From contig OX597815.1 of assembly GCA_951406725.2 (NCBI GenBank), positions 50,964,001-51,028,000 on the forward strand: DNA of 64,000 nucleotides, given 5' to 3'. The translations under genes were made by a program, and so were the position numbers. The notes beneath the pieces were generated by a model, which was not told the origin of the DNA, did no database searches, and saw only the letters and a list, made by a program, of their open reading frames with translations. Every line of letters begins with the position of its first letter. Position 1 is the first letter of the stretch. This DNA is from Octopus vulgaris (taxonomy: Eukaryota). Shown in pieces: positions 1-13,554 of the stretch.

Positions 1-1554
1 AACAAAAAAAAAAAGAAAAGAAAATCCAATTATATTAGTATATAGAATCTATTTCTGACACTTATTAATCAACAAATATAGGTATACTATTCATCCATAA
101 TGATCAATAAATACACAATTGTAATTATAAACTATGCAATAGGCTACAATGTAGGCTATAGTTGGGGTAGCCTATGCTTAGAAAATATTCATATATTGGA
201 ATTTGAAAGTTAATAAAGAAATCGATCGACGTAAAAAAAAACAAATCCCTCTAATTTAAAAACAGAAGAGTTTTCTCAGAAAATATATTATATGTGCAAG
301 TTGTATATTCTAGCAATATGTTATACATGTTAATATATGTTAATTTATATTCAGCTTGAGATATATGTTACTGCTTGACAACACAACTAGATTAATCTAA
401 GCATTCAATCTTTAAGGATCAGTTTTAGCCCAGTTTGACATTTATGTCTCCTAATGATGATAAGGTATTTAGTTGATCTTAGAAGTGGTATAACAAGGTT
501 TTCAATGTTTGTGTCACAGTAATAACATTCATGAATTTCTGCAATTAATTGGTGGAAGATCAATTATAGGTTGGTAATACATTTGAATATTGTTGTTGTT
601 CATCCACTCCCAAAATATATTGGAACTGAACCAATCAACTCAGCATTAAAACCTAGTTAATAACATGTTCAGTCTATCAGTCTACCAATTAACTATTTAG
701 GTTTTTGTATTAATGCCAACTATTTTATGCTCAAAGTGCATCAAACAAGAGTAATTGGATTGAAGATAAGTGCCAGGTAATTTTAGTTTTGGATAATGAG
801 TGTAGCAGTCCCATGAGATCATTTAAAAAATTCATTTTAAGAGAATTTAAACTGAGACAGTAATTTATTGGAAAATTGCTTCCCAGTGGATTTTTTTTTA
901 TTTCTTGCATAAACGACATGCTTATTATGCAAAATGTAATATATTAAAAAGATGAATTCTTTAAAACAGAAGCATTTTGGTAAAATATTAGCAGCATGGC
1001 CAACCAAGCGAACCACACTTTTGCCTGAGTGAGAAATGACATAACAGCATCTAATCCAATCAATAGATTTAGATTTCATGTTTCTAATTTCATAGTTAAA
1101 TCTACTGGACACCACTGGCTTCTAGGAATTCATTAAAAAAACAGCAAGTTAATTCCCTTTCATAAAAGAGTATTGAAAAACGAAAAAGATTCTGTTAGAT
1201 CAGTCAGGAATATCACAATTTTGCAATTTCATAAAACACCAGGAATCAGTTGATATGAAATCAAATGCAAAGCAGTAGCATAACATTGTGAAATATTTGA
1301 AAAATTAACTAGAATATCGAAATGTTAACAAAATTCTCTGTCTTAAATTTGTCAGAATCATAAAAAAAGAAAAAATGCTTTAGACATTATGAGCAACAAT
1401 TGAAAAAAAAATCCAATTCAAACATCACAAACAACATACCTGTTACTTGCCAGGTAAGTATGTTATGAGATCACCAACTTTTTCTTCTTCTAAAATTAGG
1501 TGCTATAAATTATTTATACCACTTTAACTCTATTATTTTGTATCTACAAAGTAA

Positions 1555-1770
1555 CTTCACTCAGCTGCAGAAATGAGTTGTGATGTCACTGGTGCCGAGC
1601 TGTAATGGCCTTTGCCTTCCCCTTGGATAACATCGGCAGGATGGAGAGGTGGGGCTGATATGCATGGGTGACTGTTGGTCTTCCATAAACAACATTGCCC
1701 AGACTTGTGCTGCAGAGGGGAACTTTCTAGGTGCAATCCCATGCTCATTCATGACCAAAGGGGGTCTTTA
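1555..1770 (+). mobile_element. SINE family C, 3' part (5'-truncated)
   Basis: Matches 33363-33560 (cactcagctg(c/t)agaaatgagttgtga...ggaactttctaggtgcaatc). Confidence 0.8.
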
Positions 1771-2305
1771 TGCTTTACAAAGTAATTCACCAGTCACTTA
1801 GCACCTGCAGCATAGGTTACTCAACTCAGTGCTTGTGTCTAATATCACTTACATTATATTAGAATGTGATTTAAACTGTAAATTTTAAAATATATTTCAA
1901 TTAACAATATGATAAAACAAAATCCTATATTGACATTGACTAATTCAGCCAAATTACAGTACTTTAACACTAGATTACATAAAAGAATTGTCATGACTAC
2001 AACTGAAGGCTAAATATATCAACATTAGAAGAGATGCCATTTGCAAAAAATTAAGTTTCATTTAAAAAAAGAGATTAAAAGTTTGTTGAAAAATAAATAC
2101 AGGCAAAGGCTGAAAATTATGTAAGAAATACTTTGTATTATCACCTGCCAGAGCTCACTGAGCAAGAAAGATAAATGAGTAACTGTAAATAACAATAACA
2201 GAGCCATTACTGTTCATGAAAGAAATGATGAGGGCAAAGCTGGAGCATGAGCCAAATGGAAATTTATACATTTGAAATAGTAAATTCAACGAAAGAAATA
2301 GCAAC

Positions 2306-2993
2306 TTGCTAGAAATAGGAATTAGATCTTACTCAAATACACTCTACTGTCTTAAAGAAGGATATGTTGGATAATGCAGTCTTAGATTTGCAGTGCCTAG
2401 CAAAAATACTGGAATGTCTTTGAATGTAGGTCTACTTCATCAAGGCTGACCTGGGGCTAAACAACAACTTTTTATTGTCAAATTAAAGAAAGTAAAACTG
2501 CATCATCGTTCAGTTTGCTAGAAATAACAATAACCTCAATTATGCTTTACCAACTTAAAACACCAGGGGCATATTGAATAATGCAATCTAAGATGGTCTA
2601 TGTAAGAAGTACTGAATTTAATTGGTTGAAAACATGTCTGCAATTATTAAAACAATGTAAGAAAATCTTCTTGCCCGCAATGAAACTGTGAAGGGTATTT
2701 CTGCAATATGCTGGTCAGTTTTCATCCATTCCTCAACAAATGCACTTAGTAAAACTACCAAAACTTCCCTACTCCACTCTTCTGGTCTCACCATCAAGTA
2801 AGGTAAGCCTGCAAGAAGTAGCAGTCAAGTTTCTTTCAAATCATTCTCAATCATCTTAAGAAAAATGACACTCTGGTTAATGTAGTTGGATGGAGGCATT
2901 CTGTTACTGAATAAAGTATGGTATAGTCATAGCATGGATAGTTTTAATCATTGGTCTGCTCAATTAAGGCTGACCTGGGGCTAAACAACAACA
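2306..2993 (+). repeat. Two copies (2306-2468, ~2810-2993) of an old interspersed repeat, family E
   Basis: Both end in aaggctgacctggggctaaacaacaac. Further diverged copies at ~24830-24975, 28140-28260, 48430-48640, 49305-49400, 53470-53680 and 57620-57800. Class (SINE vs DNA element) undetermined. Confidence 0.65.
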
Positions 2994-3875
2994 ATAAAAT
3001 GCCAAAAGTGAAAACACTTCTGGTCACTTCAGACCAGTAAAGCCATTTTTTCTCCTACATTCAAACAGCAAATCTCAGAGGTAGCGCTATGTCTCTCCAC
3101 ACAACAAGAGAAAACATTACTTTAGTTGGAAACATGCAGACTGGCAACAGAAAGAATATCTGTCTGTAAAATAATCTGCTCCATGTGATCACGGAAAAGT
3201 GGATGCCAAAACGATGATTATGAAGAGGAGGAGACTGACACAATAACAATGATTATGACATATGTAAGTGTTCATGTGTGTGTGGGTTTGTGTGTGTTTC
3301 AATAACAACCCATCTGTCAGATTTAAGCATCATTAGCAAGAGAATCGTTGACAAATTAATGCCAAAAATAAAAACACAATATTACCCACCTGGAGTAACA
3401 GCTATATAGTAACCAATCGATTTAATATAATCCCAAATAAAAATAAGTTCCATTTCTTTCTGTTCAACATCTCAGAACCAATAATTGTGGCCACTTTGAA
3501 CTTTGCCAAAACTATAACAAAACTCAATGACACTGAAATAAAAATTATGCTATAGGCCAGAAAATTCCTTCTATTTCACAATACACACTATACAACCATT
3601 TGACACTAGTATGGGATCAAAGAACTCTGCAGAGGTAAGCGACATCACCAGCCAGTATATATTATTAGCACTACACATAAAAATTTCCATTTTTTCAAAT
3701 AGTCTCTACAGCAACAAAGGCTTAGAATACCTAAAAGAGTTCAACCCACAAAAAAAAAAGAAAATTAATAAATAAACAAGTTTAAGTAAGAATTACCCCA
3801 CTTCTTCAAAAAGCTAGGGTCTTTCGTTACAGTAGCCGCACATCTTAAAGCAGTTAATTTTCACCCTAAACTCAG

Positions 3876-3931
<56 letters not shown>

Positions 3932-3999
3932 CACACAAAAGAGAGAGGGAGAGAAAGAGAGAGAGAGAGAGAGAGAAAATCCAACCATCCAGCCATTCC

Positions 4000-5420
4000 A
4001 AAAGTATAATTAAAAACCAAGTCAAAAACATATCTCTAAGATTTTCATCTTCAAATGAAAAAATACTCAATGAAAAATGCATCTCCATATAACAAGGCTC
4101 TTCATCATAGCAGTTGCAGAGAGAAAGTAGATTACATAAATAATACCATACCAACAACAGGCACAAAACACAAAAATAAGAAAAACAAAATTATCTGGTT
4201 CAATCCCACACTCAACATGCACATCTCCACATCAAAAACCAGTTTAGCTTTCAAAATACTTCAAAAACACTTCCACCCCCATGACAACTCGAGCAATGGA
4301 TCATACTCCCCATCCAACATCCATGCATCCATCCATTATTCTTGAGATGGTTGTGGGAGTAGAATCCTTAGGTACTTCCTCCATAGGGTCCTATCAGAAA
4401 CAACTGTCGTTACACTTTCCTACCAAATTCCAAAGTGTGACCCACTAAGACTATGGATATCATTCAACGATCACCCTGTAGATCTTTGGATGGTTGGCTC
4501 AGCTTGAAGAATCTGTCTTGGGATGACATTCTAACCACGTTTGTAGCACTGAATCTGAGACCTCTAAGTAAGGAGAAGTAGTGATTCAAACTGGAGAAAC
4601 TGCGTGTTCTCAGAGCTACTTACCCGGTGGAGTAACATTTCTCCTGAGATCCTTTAGAGGAACACCATTTTGGCTGCTTGTATTCACAATCATATTCTTT
4701 TGGTTATTATTCAACATACATGACCATAGGTAAGGAGAGGCAAGAAAACTGAACTGAAGATAGAAACTTTGACTTTTTTACCAACTTCTCTTCTTCTGAA
4801 GATCAAATGGTCCTGCTTCCCATCACTCCTGTATATGACCTCAAGAAACTTAAACTTTTCCACATGCTACAATGATGTTCCACGAACATGCAGAGTACAC
4901 TGGGAAGACTCTCTTTAGAGGAGCAATGTGTCAGTTTTTATAACATTTATTCTCATCTCTGCTTCACAGTACTCAGCAGTGAACACATTTAGTGCATACT
5001 GGAGATCATTTTCTGATGAGCCAAGGACAAATATCAGTCAACCATTCCTACACTCAATTGCAACTGCAACACCTATTTATCTTGCTCTCTAAATGTAAAT
5101 TGCTTTACGAGTAACATTACATATAGTGCAACTGTAACCACAAACACTACAACCAAAGCTACAACCAGTATACAAACAACCAACACCCACTTTTCATAAA
5201 CCAAACAGGAAAAGATGCTGCTTCACTATCTAAACATATATGGACACTAACTATATAAAATCCAGCTTTTAGCATTAATTAGAAAGTAGTAATTTTCTCA
5301 TGCATAATTATTCCAAGCAAAGAACAAGCCTTACCAACTTTGTACTACTGAATTCCACCAAATTTCTTCTTTAATTTCCAAATTCTGATCCATTAGTCTA
5401 TGCGCAAACACAAATTGTTC
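4000..5420 (+). mobile_element. Decayed Penelope-like element (RT thumb to GIY-YIG), split by an RTE insertion
   Basis: ORF 4055-4345 has ASPYNKAL...KIIWFNP...KHF. After ~5075 the translation gives SCSLNVNCFTSNITYSATV, ASLSKHIWTL and a QLCTTE remnant, homologous to 29171-29470 and 46233-46538. Confidence 0.8.
4310..5075 (-). mobile_element. RTE-clade LINE 3' fragment (Rex3/Expander-like)
   Basis: Minus translation KREVGKKVKVSIFSSVFLPLLTYGH...IQAAKMVFL resembles the RTE RT C-terminus; ends in a (GATG)n-like tail at ~4310-4335. Confidence 0.75.
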
Positions 5421-5635
5421 TAAACTCATTACAAACCTATAAATTTCTCCAACATCTAAACATGACAACATCTTGCCCCTAACCCAACTATAAATAAACC
5501 CTTTACTAACAACAAGCATGATAGCTCTTCACTTAGCAAACTTAACAACAATTATCTAATACTTTTACAATTACCAACTGTAATAACCACAAAAATTTCT
5601 ATCAAATTTCTAAATTTTGTTGAAAAAGTTGCAAT

Positions 5636-5845
5636 AGTGACTTTTTCAACAAATTTTATTTAACAAAAGCAATGACAACATGTAACAAAAGCATCTTTAA
5701 ATGATTATTCTGGAGCATATTCCCCATCTACTTCAATTACTGCTTCCCATTTTCTTGGCAGATGGTCAGATCATCATTTAAAGATGTTTTTGTTAAATAT
5801 TGTTATTGTTTTTGTTGAATAAAATTCGTTAAAAAAAGCTGCAAT
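5636..5845. mobile_element. MITE / foldback with ~75-bp inverted arms
   Basis: ctttttcaacaaattttatttaacaaaagcaatgacaac...gcatctttaaatgat is inverted-complementary to atcatttaaagatgtttttgttaaatattgttattgtttttgttgaataaaattcgttaaaaaaag. Confidence 0.7.
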
Positions 5846-5876
5846 AATTATGTTCCAGCCCAATATATATACAAAA

Positions 5877-6033
5877 GGTTTCTTTCAGTTTCCATCTACC
5901 AAATCGCCTCACAAGGCTTTGGTCAGCTCAAGGTTGTAGCAGGAGACACTTACCCAAGGTGTCACATAGTGAGACTGAATCTAGACCATGAGATTGAGAA
6001 GTAAGATTCTTACCACACAGCCATGCCTGCACC
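5877..6033 (-). mobile_element. tRNA-derived SINE family A, head half
   Basis: Homologous to 7725-7881. Confidence 0.8.
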
Positions 6034-6202
6034 TTTGTGTGTGTGTGTGTGTCTATATATATATATATAAATAGATATAGAGTGAGAGAAGGAAAGGAGT
6101 GAGTGAGAGAAAAGAAAGATTGATAGATAGATAGACAGATGTACATATATATATCTTTGCATGCTCTCTCATTCACTCTGTTTGTGTCTCTCCCTCTCTC
6201 AT

Positions 6203-6256
<54 letters not shown>

Positions 6257-7490
6257 CACATATATATAAATGAAAACACACAACACATATATATAAATGA
6301 AAACACAGAAAAGTTTTCAGTATAATGTGCTTTAGTTTTTGTTTTCCTCTTTGTTCTGTTTTTTTTTTCTTTTTCTTTTTTGAAATGGGAAATCTCCAAT
6401 CTCAAATTTTCCCTGTAAATTAATTGAAGTATAAGATTAAATATAAAGTCACAATATTAGATATTACTTTCAACATCATCTGATGCGAGAAAATATTTGA
6501 ATTGTATTCTTTTTATTAATATTAATATATTCCAGCCCAATTCATTGAGGTTTACAACTCAATTCAATGAAACTTATCCAGTAACTGGAGTTTGTCACAG
6601 GTGCAACATTTTGATTAAGCCTCTGTTGAGACTGACAATTGTAGTAACTTTATAATCTCCTAACATCGTCTTTTTTTCCCCTCTTTTAAGCACTGATTTG
6701 AAAATCTTGAAGTATGTTATTTCTATATACTCACAGACAAATAGATCTCTGAACTTTATTCTAACCTTTTTTCTTATTATACTTCTAATGAAATACTGCC
6801 CATATGTTTCAATGAAGTTTGAAAATATTCAAGAATCTGAAAGTGTTTAGTAATATAGCTAACTCTGCCTCTATTAATATGGTATTTGGAACATAGCATA
6901 GCAAAGGGTTCTCAACTAGATTTATAATAATTAAAAGATTTTAAAATTCATTCTAGAATAACCCAAGAAAATATAATTTTTCACCAGCTGTATAAATCCA
7001 CAACTCTTCAATCTGTAACTAGTTTGATAAGTGCAAATGCACAAAACTCTAGGCTCTTGAGTCACTCTGTTACTTCTAAACATTAATAAAAATATACATG
7101 TGCTCACATTTTGAGTTCCATTTTTCCTGTTTGCATCACCATAGCTATAATAATTAGAATATAAGACTTTAAACCAGATGAGTTTATATTATAGATCAAA
7201 GGGTGCAAATATGTATATTGACACACTATCACAGAGATCCAGTCAAGTAATTTTATTAACATTCATTCATACAGATCTGAATTAACCATAGCTGCAGTTC
7301 TGAACAATCAACCCAAAATGGTACTATAGAGTTGTTAGCATATACATGCAGAGTTACATATATGAATAAAGCAGATAAGAGAAGTAAGGGGAGAGAACAG
7401 ATATTTATTCCATTTGTTTACAGCTGTTTCATAATCTTCTTAGTGCATTCACAAATATATCAGATATACATATAAATATATATATATATT

Positions 7491-7881
7491 TACTCTTACT
7501 CTTTTACTTGTTTCAGTCAGGTGACTGTGGCCATGCTGGAGCACCACCTTTAGTCGAGCAAATCAACCCCGGGACTTATTCTTTGTAAGCCCAGTACTTA
7601 TTCTATCGGTCTCTTTTGCCAAACCACTAAGTGACGGGGACGTAAACACACCAGCATCGGTTGTCAAGCAATGCTAGGGGGACAAACACACACACACACA
7701 TATATATATACATATATACGACGGGCTTCTTTCAGTTTCTGTCTACCAAATCCACTCACAAGGCATTGGTCGGCCCGAGGCTATAGCAGAAGACACTTAC
7801 CCAAGATGCCACGCAGTGGGACTGAACCCGGAACCATGTGATTGGTTAGCAAGCTACTTACCACACAGCCACTCCTGCGCC
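7491..7881 (-). mobile_element. tRNA-derived SINE family A, full length
   Basis: Minus strand begins ggcgcaggagtggctgtgtggtaagtagcttgc...ccgggttcagtccc (A/B-box-like), has an internal (TA)/(TG) tract and a gtaaaaga-repeat tail; more than 10 copies in the window. Confidence 0.9.
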
Positions 7882-8252
7882 TATATGTACACACATATAT
7901 ATAGTGTGCTGAAAAATTTAACTTACCGACTAATCTTCAGAATGATTCATGGCAGTTCATAACATCATGTCTATCACAGAAAACAAGATGACCCAACACA
8001 GACTATAAATGTTTTCAGCAGGTTACCATATATGGTTTGATTTAAGGAAGCAATACCCATAGAACAATATAATTTCAGGGAAAGAAGCAGCAGATAACTA
8101 CAAAAAAATAAAAATTAAAAAAAGTTTCAAAGAAAAAACACAAAAGAATCAAAGAATAAGAAAAAATATAAATGTAAATAAGAAAAATTAGGTTTACCAA
8201 AGAATTGACTTCTAAAAGAGATATGCTTACTAAAATAGATCTATTTTCTTTT

Positions 8253-8445
<193 letters not shown>

Positions 8446-8849
8446 GAGGCAGACAGATGATAGAAAATGACAGTATCTAAGGAAAGACTTATTTCAACAA
8501 TCACCTGAAAAGGCACATATTACATCTTGGATGCATGATAAAAATTACCCAACATTTCACTGATGTACCTAGGTGTAAAAATGAGTCAAAACAATTCTTA
8601 TAGATTTAAATATTATTATTCATTCTCTTTTCTATCATTTATCTGATTATATTAACTTTATGGATACTATGAAATTCCTATATGTCCAGTAGCAGGAGCA
8701 TTTCCACTGTATGATGACATCAGGTTGCCAATAACTGAGGACAAGCTTTGCATAGCATTCTACAAGATTTTACCTGAATCTTATAAAATATCACAGCCAA
8801 AAAAAAAAAAAATAGTACTGAAATACTGGAGTTAGAGTAATAAAACATA

Positions 8850-9318
8850 TTACTCTACCTTCAGTATTTCAGTATTATTTTGTCCACCTTGTTTCATATT
8901 TAAGTTTTATATTTTCCACCTTGTTTTATATTTCAGCACCATCCAAGCATGATCATTGCCAGTGCGGCTAATTGGCGTTCATTCATGCCAGTGGCATGTA
9001 AAAAGCACCATTCGAATTCGAGTGTGATCGTTACCAGCGTCACCTTACTGGCACTTGTGCCGGTGTGCAGGTGACATGTAAAAAAAAAAAAGTTTTTTTT
9101 TTGTGGCCATTGCCAGTACTGCCTGACTGGTCCTCGTGCTGGTGGCATGTAAAAGTACCCACTACACTCCCGGAGTGGTTGGCGTTAGGAAGGGCATCCA
9201 GCCCTAGAAACTCTGCCAGATTATATTGGAGCCTAGTGCAGCCATCTGGTTCACCAGTCCTCAGTCAAATTGTCCAACCCATGCTAGCATGGAAAGCGGA
9301 CATTAAACGATGATGATG

Positions 9319-9320
<2 letters not shown>
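8850..9320 (+). mobile_element. Non-autonomous retroposon family D with (GAT)n tail
   Basis: Internal gtggcacgtaaaaagcacc-like units, then gttggcgttaggaagggcatccagc...ccatgctagcatggaaagcggacattaaacgatgatgat. Copies at ~12115-12290, 14370-14535, 17253-17562, 18620-18840, 45195-45448 and 59560-59842. Confidence 0.8.
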
Positions 9321-9367
<47 letters not shown>

Positions 9368-9832
9368 TATACATACATACACACATACCAGAGAGAGAGG
9401 GAGAGAGAGAAAGAAAGAGAGAAAGTGAGAGACATATATACATATACCTATACCACACACACACATGCCCATATATATATGTGGATGTGTGTAAATATAT
9501 ATGCACATGTATATGAACATATATGAACTAATATATTAAATTTGATGCTTATTTAAAATCAGACCATTCAACCAGTGAAATAGTCTGGCCTCAAATGGAA
9601 TTTTTTGTGAGAAATAAAAATAAGGTGCTTTAAAAATTCTTTTACTATTTTCAGCAACTGGACTCAGGCCATGCTACATTACCACCTTCAAAGATTTTAG
9701 TTGAACATAATGACCCTGGTACTGGTTTCAGCCAGGTATCAATATATTATAAATTTTTATTTATTGAACTGCAAAGTTTATAATTAAAAAAACAATGGGC
9801 ACAACTTGTTTTGGGGTTGGTGAAAGGGTAGC

Positions 9833-9887
<55 letters not shown>

Positions 9888-11034
9888 GCACACACATATA
9901 CACACACACATGACAATTTTCTGCACAGTTTCTATCAATCACATTCTACTCTAAAGTTATTAGTCAACCCAATGCTATAGTGAAAGATATGTGCTGAAAG
10001 TGACTGCTACACAGTGGGATTGAACTGGAAATATAAATGATTAAAAAAAGAATAAACTTTTAAACTATCTACCTATGCTATCATAATATATATGTAATCA
10101 TTTTTTAAAATCTTGTTGGAACTTCTAAACATCTCTCAAAATTAATTGCTTTGTTTTTAGTTAACTATTTTGTTTTTAAACAACATGATTTAAAATGAGT
10201 TTTTAAATATTTTTATCTGCACTTTTTCTTATTATTACTCTTCCTTTTTTTCTCCAAGAAAGAAAAGAAAGACGGTTTCTATATAAAGCATCTTATTTTA
10301 GTAACAGGTTCACTCACAAGACTGGTTTTTAATTTCTTACTTGTCACTAATAATATGCAGCATTGTCTGGAGTTGTTCCTAGTTTAGATTACATGCTACT
10401 GAAACAAGTTGCACCTAATAATTTGTATATAAATACCATTAAAGTGAATGGATAATTCTATGAGACAAAAGTTAGGTTAATTTTTCTTTTTTTTTTCTTC
10501 TTTTCTAATGTTACTTATTTTTCGCAAAATAGTTGTTGAATATTAAGAAAGAAGTAAATATCAACTGAGAGATTTTTAACAGGTCTCTAAAGGAAATAAG
10601 CACAATTATTTCCTCAATGAAGAGACACATCAGTAGCAATATCAGGACAAGCATAAACGATGGAGCCAGTATGACTGAAAAGGTCAACAGAGACTTTGAA
10701 TCAATGCAAGGTAGAGTTTAAGCATTTCGTTGAGTGCTTTATTTTAAGATTCTAGCATTTTAGATAAAGCACACAGTGCAGTTACTATTAACAGAAATAA
10801 TAATGTCTGTTTATGTAATTCTGGCTTGACAAGATGCTATTTGGTCGGAACTGACTACTAAGGACTTGATAGCACCATTTTGGCTTGATCTTTTAGGGCA
10901 GCAGCTATGGTTAACTCTAGCAGCTCAGCATGAAGTTGATGCATTTTAAAAGCAATAGTGTAATCAACTGACAATCAGTAATTATATCTTATCTTTTGGT
11001 TTTGTTTTGTTTCAACTTACATATATACATACAC

Positions 11035-11067
<33 letters not shown>

Positions 11068-11077
11068 TATATATGTA

Positions 11078-11125
<48 letters not shown>

Positions 11126-11712
11126 TGTATGTATATGCAGACATACATATATGTATATCCACTTACATATATACACATACATAAATGCATTCACACACAC
11201 AACCACACACACATATATATGTGAGGCAAACATTTGTAGTATGAAAACATCACCCCACTGAGAAGCTGAAAATAACTACTTTAATGTCTTTGCCGGCATC
11301 TTTTAGCAGTGGAAGAATATGTCATGGATCTCTGGCTCTCACTGACACTAGATGAATAAACAGGATAGACTTACAGCCACAAGATTCCTGGTTCAAATAC
11401 AGTGTTATATTGAAAAAAAAATCAACAAATGCATTTTTATTCAGAAATTCAACCAGAAAATTCAACCTGGAAGCAATCTTGAAATGTCCCAGGACAATAA
11501 ATGCTTTTATTTCTCTGTAGGTAAATAAAAGGTTGAAAATTTGGGATTTAAAGAGAAAGGTGCAAGAGTGACTGAAGTTTGTCTATGTTCAAAATGCTAA
11601 GAAATTATAATTAATAGATCTTATATGAATAGGCCATATAAAAGTAAATAACCTTAAACAAAAATTATTAGATATAGCTCAATAAGAAATATCACTGAAT
11701 TTAATTGAATAC

Positions 11713-12108
11713 CAGCAGGAGTGGCTGTGTAGTAAGAAGCTTGCTTCCCAACCACATGGTTCCAGGTTCAGTCCCACTGCATGGCACTTTAGGCATGTGT
11801 CTTCTACTATAGCCACAGGCTGACCAAAGCCTTGTAAGAGGATTTGGTAAATGGAAACTGAAAGAAGCATGTCATATATGCGTGTGTGTCTTTGTGTTTG
11901 TTCCCCCCACTTCACAGCTTGACAATCAGTGCTGGTGTGTATACATCCCCATAACTTAACAGTTCAGCAAAAGAAACCAATTGACTAAGTGCCAGGTTTA
12001 AAAAACAAAAATAAATACTGTAGTCGATTCATTTGATTAAAACTTCTTCAAGGCAGTGCCCCAGCATGGCTACAGTCTAATGATAGAAATAAGTAAAAGA
12101 TAAAAGAT
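11713..12108 (+). mobile_element. SINE family A, full length
   Basis: Homologous to 7491-7881. Confidence 0.9.
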
Positions 12109-12416
12109 AGATTTTAATATTAAATGTCCATGTTACGTGTTAACTTGAGTTTGATGGTTTGACAGGATTCAACAGAGCCAAGCACTGCATGGTTTCTATG
12201 ACTAGATGCCATTCCTAATGCCAACCACTTTGCAATGTGTACTGGATGCTTTTTTTCATGCCAGCAGCATTAGTGAGGTTATCATACAGCTCACAAAACT
12301 ATAAACTCTGAAGATTGATGGTGAAGGGGAACTTTATGCTTAGAGACTACTATCGAGTAGAAAGTAATAAAGTAATGGAAAAATGGCCAGTGCAGAACAG
12401 GTTTCTTGCTGTAGAG

Positions 12417-12547
12417 TACACTGGTGTGACATGGTGTAACATGAATGTGATTTTTTTCCCTATACTTATATTTTTAGTTCAGGTGTGCCACTGAATTTAG
12501 AAAAGAAAATAAGTGTACCACAAGTGAAAAAAGGTTGTAGAGCACTG
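12417..12547. mobile_element. hAT-type MITE remnant with perfect 8-bp TSD
   Basis: ctgtagag at 12409-12416 and 12548-12555; right end aaaggttgtagagcactg resembles a hAT TIR; left TIR missing. Confidence 0.6.
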
Positions 12548-12676
12548 CTGTAGAGGAGTGGCATGACAACATTTATTTAGAGGGAGTGGAGTCAAAAAAA
12601 TATATTTTCAGTTTGTTGTCAGCAACAACTAAGCTGAATATATACTACATAATGTTGACAGTTCAATTAAGGTCAA

Positions 12677-13131
12677 ATGCTTTTGGTACAAACCCACTTT
12701 GGTCAGCCCTGGTTCTATCATAGAAATTTTTTACTTTTAAGTGATCTAAATAAAAACTCTCCATCAATATTTCAAAGCAATTTCAGATGGTGAGCCAACA
12801 GAATCATTAGAACACTAATGTTTAAAATGCTTAGTGGCATTTCACCTGTTTTCACGTTCTGAGTTCAAATTCTGATATGGTCGACTTTGCCTTTCATCCT
12901 TTTGGAGTTGATAAAATAAATACCAGTTGAGAACTTACCACCTCCCCTGAAATTGCTGGCCTAATGCCAAAATTTTAAACCACTATTTCATAGTAATTTA
13001 TGTTTCAAATCCAGATTGATAATAACAAAGTTATTTTACTCTATTCTTCATTATTTTAAAAATATGATTTTAAAAATTAATTGAAACAAAGGCAGTGTAT
13101 TCCAACAGAAATGTGGTAGCAAAAGAGTTAA
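12677..13131. mobile_element. TTAA-ended (piggyBac-like) MITE interrupted by SINE B
   Basis: cttttggtac at left vs gtagcaaaagagttaa at right; SINE B at ~12785-12985 lies inside. Confidence 0.45.
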
Positions 13132-13329
13132 CTATTTCTATTGTACAAGACATGGGAGACAGCTGAGCTGAGGTAGTGGAAGACCAGACAAGTTACTCTT
13201 CTTGATTTTGAACTCAATGCTACAACAGTACACATTACTTTTAATTCTTTTGAGTAAAATATTTGATGATTGACAGTACTGTTTCCATTACATATACACT
13301 CCTATGAGCAAACAATATTACCCATTCGT

Positions 13330-13540
13330 AAGGTGGTGAGCTGGCAGAAATGTTAGCATGCTGGGCAAAATACTTAGCAGTATTTCGTCTGTCTTAACGT
13401 TCTGAATTCAAATTGTGCCAAGGTCAACTTTGCCTTTCATCCTTTCTGGGTTGATAAATTAAGTACCAGTTGCATACTTGGGTTGATCTAATCAACTGGC
13501 TCCCTCCCTAAAAATTTTGGGCCTTGTGCCTGGAGTAGAA
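13330..13540 (+). mobile_element. tRNA-derived SINE family B
   Basis: aaggtggtgagctggcagaa...gttctgaattcaaat (B-box-like), then gcctttcatcctt...gataaattaagtaccag (resembles the Meta-type SINE central domain, from recall). Copies at ~12785, 23400(-), 24180(-), 26639, 33045(-), 37371, 38347, 44805, 48953 and 63135(-). Confidence 0.85.
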
Positions 13541-13554
13541 AAAAAATTACTCAT

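Noticed and set aside
731-1115. Two minus-strand ORFs near the window start
   Set aside because: Short, AT-rich, no recognisable domain.
3390-3532. Minus-strand segment with good acceptor (tttttatttcAG) and donor (cag|GTggg)
   Set aside because: All three frames contain stops and there is no other support; at most a non-coding or terminal exon.
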